In this document: positions 1 through 5,447 of the stretch, in pieces
Layout: each line of letters opens with the position of its first letter
Numbering within the stretch: position 1 is the stretch's first letter
Source of the DNA: Candidatus Iainarchaeum sp.
Lineage (GTDB): Archaea > Iainarchaeota > Iainarchaeia > Iainarchaeales > DTGL01
DNA length: 29,157 nucleotides
Direction: 5' to 3'
NCBI GenBank assembly: GCA_038736825.1
Contig: JAVYME010000001.1
Location: 13,541-42,697 of the forward strand
Translations under genes and position numbers: made by a program
The notes under the pieces: generated by a model
Told to the model about the DNA's origin: nothing
Seen by the model: only the letters and a program-made list of their open reading frames with translations
Database searches by the model: none

Positions 1-3000
1 GACGCAGTGCAATTCTCAGCATTCCTTGCAAAAAAACTCCTGCAAACAGCAAAAAGCGCGCAAGACAAAATGCAATCCAAAAACTTTAACGCAGAAGCAT
101 TCGGGTGCCCGCAAACCTTTTGCTCTTTTGCAACCCTTGGCCTTTCAGCGCCAGAATACACTGTTTATTTAATGAACGACTTTGTCTCTGCAGAGGCAAT
201 CCAAAACGGTCTTGCCGATGAAGCCAAAAGCCTTTCAAGCTATGCAGTTTCCTTTAGAGCAGAAGAATTTGACGACATTCTCTCCAAGACAACCTCTTTC
301 AGTCCATTCAACATTTACATGAACAAACCCATGCAAGGCTGCGGCAGATACAAAATCAAAATAAAGGGAGCAGTGCAAAACGCATCCAATGCACTCCAAA
401 AAGACAACCTCATATTGTACGTGCAAATAACCGAAGACAGAAAAGTAACACCGGAATGCACCAACAAAATACAAAACATGATGAACTTCCTTCCAGTGGA
501 CACAGGACTGACAAGCAGCAGAACCCTTGCAAGCTGGCTTGGAATGGTGCAAACAGACGAAAAACTCCAAAAAGTCGGAGAAGACTTTGCAACAACCCTT
601 TTTGGCTCAAGCAAGGGCAGGGTTGCAATGAACACAACATCCAACAAATTACACTTATTGCTCAAAGAACTTGAAACAGGCACAATAATGAAACTATCCA
701 TAGGGCAAGTCAGTGAAACAGACGCAAAACCAAACACCATCACACTGGAATTAAACGCAATGTTTGACCAGCCAGACGAACTTGTAAGAAACGAAATCGC
801 CACCAAAGCAAAAGAAGGCTTGAAGGCAATGGCACAAGGAGCATTCGCCTTGGACGCATGCATTGGAGAAAGAGAAGACTATTTAATGATAAGCAAGTTT
901 GAAAAACTCGGCGAACTCACAATAACAGGACCCACAGAAATGGCAGTATATTATGACATGAAAAACTGCATAAAACTCAAAGCCCAGGGAACAATAAAAG
1001 GCGAAAAAATAGCACTAAAAACAAGCTTTAACGACATAGAAACAGCAAACCCGCAAGACAAAGCCGGAATAAAAGCAGCATGGATTGAAATAGAGGAAAG
1101 CGGAACAACAAAAAAAATCACAGAATACTCTGCAACAGAAACTGGAACACCAATAGCGCTTGCCCCGGTTGCAGGAAAAGAAGGCTTGAACGAAAAAGAA
1201 TTCCTTCTCTGCGCTGAAGGAGACAACGGGCAAGTATTCCAAGCAATAGGAAAAAAACTGAAAGTAAAGGCAAAAAGCGTTTCAATTCCAATGGCAAAAG
1301 ACACAGAAGGCGAAATCCGCGTAAGAGAAATGACTGGATGGCATGAAGTCAAAATCAGCACTTGCGGAATGCACCCCTACGCAATGCTCAAAAAAATATC
1401 AGAACAAGCAACAGAAGTCAAAAAATCCGGCAAAAAAATAGAAGCCTACACAGTGCTCGTATGGAAAGGCGACCCAGAAGAACTAACACTAAAATCAATG
1501 ATTGCAGCATGGCGCGCCCACAAACTCAAGCAAACCGAAGGAGAAGAAGACGAAGAAGGAAAAACAATGGAGCAAAAAATTGCAAGAGCGAAAACATACT
1601 CGCTTTGGGTATACTTGGGAGCCTGCTCAGGAATGAACCTTGCATGCAACCTTCTTACAAAAGCTTTTTTGGGGCTTCCAATTGCACTTCCAGATATTTT
1701 GTTCAACTGCGGCATTCCGACAATTGCTGGCTTTTTCGGTCCACAGATTTCCGGAGCATTCGGCGGATTATGGGAAAAAATAAAGACATTTTTCACCGGA
1801 GGACCCGTGGATGAATGGGCAGATGCAGTTCAAGAAGGCACTACTGGCCAAGGTGATGGCGGAACCCAAGCTGAAGCAACAGAAGATGACCTGTTAACAG
1901 GAGCCTTTTTCGGCATAAGTTTTAGGGGTCTCACAAGATTTATTGCTCCAAGCAATAGGGGGGCCTTTACATCAGCCACAGCAGCCCAGTCCGCAATAAA
2001 AGAAACAGCTGAAAGCATTGCAGAGGATGCAACAAAAAGATGGGCGGACAGTTTCATTAAGGGAGCAGTGCAAGAAGATGCTTTGAGGAGCGCCTTAAAA
2101 TCAGACTTGGAGACACGCCTTACTACAAGGCTGACAAGGGCTGCTGAGGAAGCTGCCAGAAAGGGCTCTTTTAAAATAGCAAACCTTGGATTGGATGATG
2201 CTGCTAATGCTGCTTGGGCTGAGTCAAGCGAAAGCATGGTGAGAAGGATTGCTGCAGACCCAAGTGTTGTCAAAAACTCTGTAATGGGAAGCCGCCTTCA
2301 AAAAGCAATATCTGGAAGTGTTGATGACCTAATAGATTCTTCAACCATTGCCCAGAGGGCAACCAAAAATCTCAGCATTAAACCAGGCGCTGGCAACATG
2401 TATCAAAACCCAGCCTCAATGGTTGACGAGCTCACAACCAAAACAATGAGTGAACTGGATGACTTGTTAAGAGCAAACCCCCAGCTAAGAAGCCAAATAG
2501 AAGGAGCACTAAGAAAACAGTTAAGCGAAAGGCTTGGCTCTAGTACTGCCATGCAAGCAGATGATCTAACCAGAGTAGTCAACCAATCCATTAACAATGT
2601 TAAAGCACAGTATGCTGATGACTTGTTTAGTGCAACGAGAGCCAATATTGACGATCAAGTTCGCGCAATGTTTGAAAGCCGGCCTGCTGCAAGCACGGAA
2701 GTGCCAAGAGGCGGACGCATAAAAAATTTTATTGCAAGACTGAAAGATCCGCGGTTTTGGAAAACCCTTGGAAGAGGCATAGTTTGCGGAGCAATTTCAA
2801 ACCTTGCTGGTTTGGTCGCAAAACAATGGTTCCTCAACTATTATTTAGGTGAATTGCATGCTGAGGCTGAAGCTGGCTTGGGCTTTGATTTCACTGGGCC
2901 TTTGTCCAATTATGAGGGCTCTGAAGTGTTCAGAAAGTTTAAGCCTTACAAGATAACCATTGACAGGAAAGAGAATGGCAATGTGCGGGTTTCAATAGAG

Positions 3001-3558
3001 GATTTAACTGTTGAAACTGATGGCGAAAGCGTTGATGAAAAATTAAAGGCAATGGGTGAAGCGATTGCAAAGGATCCTGCAAGCTATTGGAAAGAGGATT
3101 GTGAAGGGCAACTCAAGCAAGGAATTGATGAGTTGATTGGCTGTCTTGCTCCGGATGCTGAATCCGAGGGTGTTACCACAAAGCAAGTGCTTGCATATTA
3201 TGCCAATAATGCTGATATTGCAGCCAATTGTTTTTCAGAAAACCCAGAGCAAAGACTGGATGAAGCGCTCTTAATGGCTGTTCTTTTGACAAAACCCGAA
3301 AACATTTCAAATTGCTGCATTGAAGGCGGTGAGTGCATTAAGAGTGACTGGTATGAGGCGAGCAAGGGTGAAAGGCAGAGAACAATAGGTTGTGCTGCAA
3401 CTCAATTGAGGAGGGCAATGTCTGCTGGAAGCCCAGAGGAAACAGTGAAAAGCCTTGCATTAAACCTTGAAGGCGAAAACCTTGAAAACTATGCAAGGGA
3501 AGTGCTTAAAACATACAATGTTTGGAGAAAGTTTGACATTTGCAGTGATGGTTCTTGA
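1..3558 (+). CDS. Giant surface-protein paralog, C-terminal 1,185 codons only (5' end outside the window). The paralog core (1..~1530) is fused to a unique membrane-spanning C-terminal extension (~1531..3555).
   Basis: Frame +1 is open from base 1. The first codons read D-A-V-Q-F-S-A-F-L-A-K-K, which matches the internal C-D-A-[VT]-Q-[FL]-S motif of the three downstream giants (Cys codons at 11049, 20228, 27420). The GTG at 7 used by the ORF track is therefore an internal Val. Collinear similarity continues downstream (FRAEEFDDI ~ FRNDFDEF; NFLPVDTG ~ YYMPFNG; TVLVWKGDPEELTLKSM ~ TVFFWNPKVIIEKSL). Stop TGA 3556..3558. Confidence 0.85.
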   Translation, partial: DAVQFSAFLAKKLLQTAKSAQDKMQSKNFNAEAFGCPQTFCSFATLGLSAPEYTVYLMNDFVSAEAIQNGLADEAKSLSSYAVSFRAEEFDDILSKTTSFSPFNIYMNKPMQGCGRYKIKIKGAVQNASNALQKDNLILYVQITEDRKVTPECTNKIQNMMNFLPVDTGLTSSRTLASWLGMVQTDEKLQKVGEDFATTLFGSSKGRVAMNTTSNKLHLLLKELETGTIMKLSIGQVSETDAKPNTITLELNAMFDQPDELVRNEIATKAKEGLKAMAQGAFALDACIGEREDYLMISKFEKLGELTITGPTEMAVYYDMKNCIKLKAQGTIKGEKIALKTSFNDIETANPQDKAGIKAAWIEIEESGTTKKITEYSATETGTPIALAPVAGKEGLNEKEFLLCAEGDNGQVFQAIGKKLKVKAKSVSIPMAKDTEGEIRVREMTGWHEVKISTCGMHPYAMLKKISEQATEVKKSGKKIEAYTVLVWKGDPEELTLKSMIAAWRAHKLKQTEGEEDEEGKTMEQKIARAKTYSLWVYLGACSGMNLACNLLTKAFLGLPIALPDILFNCGIPTIAGFFGPQISGAFGGLWEKIKTFFTGGPVDEWADAVQEGTTGQGDGGTQAEATEDDLLTGAFFGISFRGLTRFIAPSNRGAFTSATAAQSAIKETAESIAEDATKRWADSFIKGAVQEDALRSALKSDLETRLTTRLTRAAEEAARKGSFKIANLGLDDAANAAWAESSESMVRRIAADPSVVKNSVMGSRLQKAISGSVDDLIDSSTIAQRATKNLSIKPGAGNMYQNPASMVDELTTKTMSELDDLLRANPQLRSQIEGALRKQLSERLGSSTAMQADDLTRVVNQSINNVKAQYADDLFSATRANIDDQVRAMFESRPAASTEVPRGGRIKNFIARLKDPRFWKTLGRGIVCGAISNLAGLVAKQWFLNYYLGELHAEAEAGLGFDFTGPLSNYEGSEVFRKFKPYKITIDRKENGNVRVSIEDLTVETDGESVDEKLKAMGEAIAKDPASYWKEDCEGQLKQGIDELIGCLAPDAESEGVTTKQVLAYYANNADIAANCFSENPEQRLDEALLMAVLLTKPENISNCCIEGGECIKSDWYEASKGERQRTIGCAATQLRRAMSAGSPEETVKSLALNLEGENLENYAREVLKTYNVWRKFDICSDGS
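1594..1773 (+). other. Cluster of 2-3 hydrophobic, Gly-rich TM-like segments at the start of the C-terminal extension of gene 1.
   Basis: T-Y-S-L-W-V-Y-L-G-A-C-S-G-M-N-L-A-C-N-L-L-T-K-A-F-L-G-L-P-I-A-L-P-D-I-L-F-N-C-G-I-P-T-I-A-G-F-F-G-P-Q-I-S-G-A-F-G-G-L-W, preceded by an acidic linker E-G-E-E-D-E-E-G. Confidence 0.65.
1774..2754 (+). other. ~325-aa Ala/Ser/Arg/Asp/Leu-rich, Cys-free region that is probably alpha-helical; possibly cytoplasmic.
   Basis: Example translations are ...AAQSAIKETAESIAEDATKRWADSFIKGAVQEDALRSALKSDLETRLTTRLTRAAEEAARKG... and ...DELTTKTMSELDDLLRANPQLRSQIEGALRKQLSERLG... The composition is unlike the K/E/T/N-rich, beta-rich remainder of the locus. Confidence 0.5.
2755..2850 (+). 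other. Hydrophobic TM-like segment closing the helical region of gene 1.
   Basis: F-W-K-T-L-G-R-G-I-V-C-G-A-I-S-N-L-A-G-L-V-A-K-Q-W-F-L-N-Y-Y-L-G. Confidence 0.6.
2851..3555 (+). other. ~235-aa C-terminal Cys-containing domain of gene 1; function unknown.
   Basis: Eleven Cys are present, including N-C-C-I-E-G-G-E-C, which is reminiscent of the CC-x3-C element of the Cys modules in the 13202 giant. Confidence 0.45.
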
Positions 3559-3563
3559 AAAAG

Positions 3564-3568
3564 GGTGA
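3564..3568 (+). promoter_or_regulatory. Shine-Dalgarno-like GGTGA for the 3578 start; placed between the upstream stop and the start, which suggests translational coupling.
   Basis: GGGTGAG lies at 3563..3569, 9 nt before GTG 3578 and 5 nt after the TGA of the upstream gene. Confidence 0.5.
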
Positions 3569-3577
3569 GTGGGAAAA

Positions 3578-5275
3578 GTGAATGAGCGCGCCTTCAATCT
3601 TTTCACTGCGCTTTTAGCCCTAATACTCATAATTTTGACAGCAATTCTTGTTTCCAGCATGGTGCAAAGCGAAAGCAATGCCAAAACCATAATTGCCAAA
3701 ACCCTGGATCAAAGCCGCATAGAGTCAATGTCAAGGCTTTTGAGGGCTGACGCATTCCAGTCATTCAATTTTGCGACAAGAGACCAGATGGAGGACTGGT
3801 TCAGCAAGCCGGACAATGTTATTACAGTTTCGGATTTCAATAAGTGGTCTGACTGGAATGCAATCGTGGACGAGTTTGCAAACGACAAGTTCAGGCAGTC
3901 AGAAGTTTTTGCTGGCTATATTGCAAGCAATCTTACAAGCCTGACTTACAAGACAGGCGACAAATATGCTGGCTATGAAATCAAAGTGGAATTTGACCAA
4001 GCAAAATTCAAGGAAATCCTGAAATCTGTTTTAGAGAAAAGCTATAAAGACAAGGATTTTTTTCAAATAATTGACTGTGATGGCACTCCACAGGGATGCC
4101 CTAACGGCAGTTTTTACTTGAACTTAAAGTTTTCCAAGCTCGACCAGTCCCTTTACGAGCAAATGCCGTTAGTGCACGTAAAGCACATCAGTGGCAGCAC
4201 TGAAAGAAGAGACCCGATAATTCCAAAAAACGATTTAAAGGTTTACATTCCATTAAGGGTTTTCAAGGCACTCGCAATAACAAGGGGTTTCATGCACTCG
4301 AGGCTGGACTGGCAAATGAATTCTCAAAACGATTTCGGATATTATTCGCCGAGAATGCAAAACGAAATAGATTCAATGGCTTTAGGGTTTTGCGATTACG
4401 GTTATTGCCATCCAAGAACCAATCCCTATTATCCTCCAGACAAAAAATCCATTAGTGGAAAAAACTGTCCTGACTTTATTGCAAGCGGTTCTTATTACAA
4501 GACAATTGGTGAAACAAGAGGAGAAACCTTTGAATACGAGGCAGGCAACGAAAAAAACACTGAAGACATATTGAAAGACTTGCTTATAAAAAGATTGTGC
4601 GCTCTTTCAAGGGAATTGCTCGGCCAATACGATAATCCTTCAAGCCCGTCTTTTGCAAAAGACTTTGCGGTTTCAAAATCAATAGTGTTCGGACAGCCGT
4701 GTTATGTGAAAGTTGACAGGGCAAGCATTGAAACCACTTCCATTGAATCAAAGGAAATCCTTTTGTCAGCTGATGACAGCAAGCTTGACAAAAGCTTGCC
4801 ATCGCTTGTTTTTAATCCAACAGATGAACCCAATCAATTCGGGGTTCCAAGCTCTCCCTGCCCTTATGATGCAGTTGGATTGCTTAGTGAAAGCCAGCGC
4901 ACTGGAATGTTTTGGGATGGAAAGGAAATCAGGAATTGGAATTATGGAAAAGCAACATGCACTGAAGATTCAGGAATAAGCGGAAAAACAACTTGCACTC
5001 AAATCACAATGGTGAGCCTGATAATAACTTACGAGGAAAAGGATGCAAACTATAAAGTGATAGACAACAGGGATGTGAAAATAAAAATAAGGACTTTTGA
5101 TGCAAATTACACTCCCTTCAATCCAAAAAGGGATATGGGGGATCCTTCCCAGGCTTCAGGTTGCCTTTTCTCAGGCCCGTCGCTTGCAGAACAACAATGC
5201 CATAGGGAAGGCTGGCAGTGCTATGTGCCAGCCTCCAGCATTGCTGGCTGTTATCCTTTGAGAAACCTGCCTTGA
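3578..5275 (+). CDS. Membrane-anchored secreted protein (565 aa) with a type IV pilin-like / class III signal-peptide-like N-terminus and a Cys-containing extracytoplasmic body; function unknown.
   Basis: The ORF in the track is 3569..5275 (GTG). I prefer the in-frame GTG at 3578 because GGTGA (3564..3568) lies 9 nt upstream of it. The N-terminus M-N-E-R-A-F-N-L-F-T-A-L-L-A-L-I-L-I-I-L-T-A-I-L resembles the [KR]-[GA]-F-T-L-I-E + hydrophobic helix of prepilins. The remainder is hydrophilic and carries about 20 Cys. Stop TGA 5273..5275. The gene starts 19 nt after the stop of the upstream gene. Confidence 0.8.
   Translation: MNERAFNLFTALLALILIILTAILVSSMVQSESNAKTIIAKTLDQSRIESMSRLLRADAFQSFNFATRDQMEDWFSKPDNVITVSDFNKWSDWNAIVDEFANDKFRQSEVFAGYIASNLTSLTYKTGDKYAGYEIKVEFDQAKFKEILKSVLEKSYKDKDFFQIIDCDGTPQGCPNGSFYLNLKFSKLDQSLYEQMPLVHVKHISGSTERRDPIIPKNDLKVYIPLRVFKALAITRGFMHSRLDWQMNSQNDFGYYSPRMQNEIDSMALGFCDYGYCHPRTNPYYPPDKKSISGKNCPDFIASGSYYKTIGETRGETFEYEAGNEKNTEDILKDLLIKRLCALSRELLGQYDNPSSPSFAKDFAVSKSIVFGQPCYVKVDRASIETTSIESKEILLSADDSKLDKSLPSLVFNPTDEPNQFGVPSSPCPYDAVGLLSESQRTGMFWDGKEIRNWNYGKATCTEDSGISGKTTCTQITMVSLIITYEEKDANYKVIDNRDVKIKIRTFDANYTPFNPKRDMGDPSQASGCLFSGPSLAEQQCHREGWQCYVPASSIAGCYPLRNLP
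3593..3661 (+). other. N-terminal hydrophobic helix of the pilin-like protein.
   Basis: The translation is F-N-L-F-T-A-L-L-A-L-I-L-I-I-L-T-A-I-L-V-S-S-M, directly after E-R-A. Confidence 0.7.
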
Positions 5276-5436
5276 ATGCAGGCAAAAATGCATGGGAAAA
5301 TATTATAAATAGGAATTCGTTATAATAAGAGAAAGAATAATATAATTGGTTGCCGGCAAAAAAAAGAATTTTCTTTAAAGCAAAAGAAATAAATAAAGAA
5401 AGAGAGCAATTAATTTGGGTAAAGAAATAAGTTAAT
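5276..5436 (+). promoter_or_regulatory. AT-rich intergenic region, probable promoter and 5' leader of the 5448 gene.
   Basis: This is the longest non-coding gap in the window. It has TATA-like tracts (tattataaat 5301..5310; TATAAT 5321..5326; aataatataatt ~5336..5347). It also has an 8-bp palindrome TGCCGGCA (5351..5358), an inverted repeat AAAGAA-tt-TTCTTT (5363..5376), and a 10-nt direct repeat AAAGAAATAA (5383..5392 and 5421..5430). No transcription start site can be assigned from sequence alone. Confidence 0.35.
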
Positions 5437-5440
5437 GGAG
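5437..5440 (+). promoter_or_regulatory. Shine-Dalgarno-like GGAG for ATG 5448.
   Basis: GGAGTGG with a 7-nt spacer to the ATG. Confidence 0.55.
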
Positions 5441-5447
5441 TGGTTTG

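Noticed and set aside
7-9. GTG at 7 as the start codon of the first ORF.
   Set aside because: The frame is open from base 1, and bases 1..21 already encode the conserved D-A-V-Q-F-S motif of the paralog family. This is an internal Val.
1362-1814. Off-frame + strand ORFs: 1362..1814 (150 aa, Arg-rich), 18472..18771 (99 aa, Arg-rich), 456..674, 4713..4979, 7378..7650, 7847..8143, 10343..10555, 12760..12999, 17653..17898, 19005..19320, 20508..20696, 25748..25933, 26180..26368 and 28786..29013.
   Set aside because: All are embedded in alternative frames of the giant ORFs. Their basic low-complexity translations (runs of R/K/N/Q from GAA/AAG-rich sequence read out of frame) are not protein-like.
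3556-3580. Stop-codon readthrough or an alternative genetic code (UGA sense) fusing genes 1 and 2.
   Set aside because: Gene 2 is in a different frame from gene 1. An SD-like GGTGA and a pilin-like N-terminus follow the stop. Three ORFs end with TGA directly in front of spacer, SD-like or AT-rich promoter-like sequence, which is consistent with the standard code.
5276-5308. A ten-codon mini-ORF (M-Q-A-K-M-H-G-K-I-L) starting at the base after the TGA of gene 2, and a six-codon mini-ORF at 13173..13193 ending in the SD/GTG region of gene 4.
   Set aside because: They are too short to evaluate, have no SD, and are expected by chance in AT-rich spacers. I noted them only as possible upstream ORFs.
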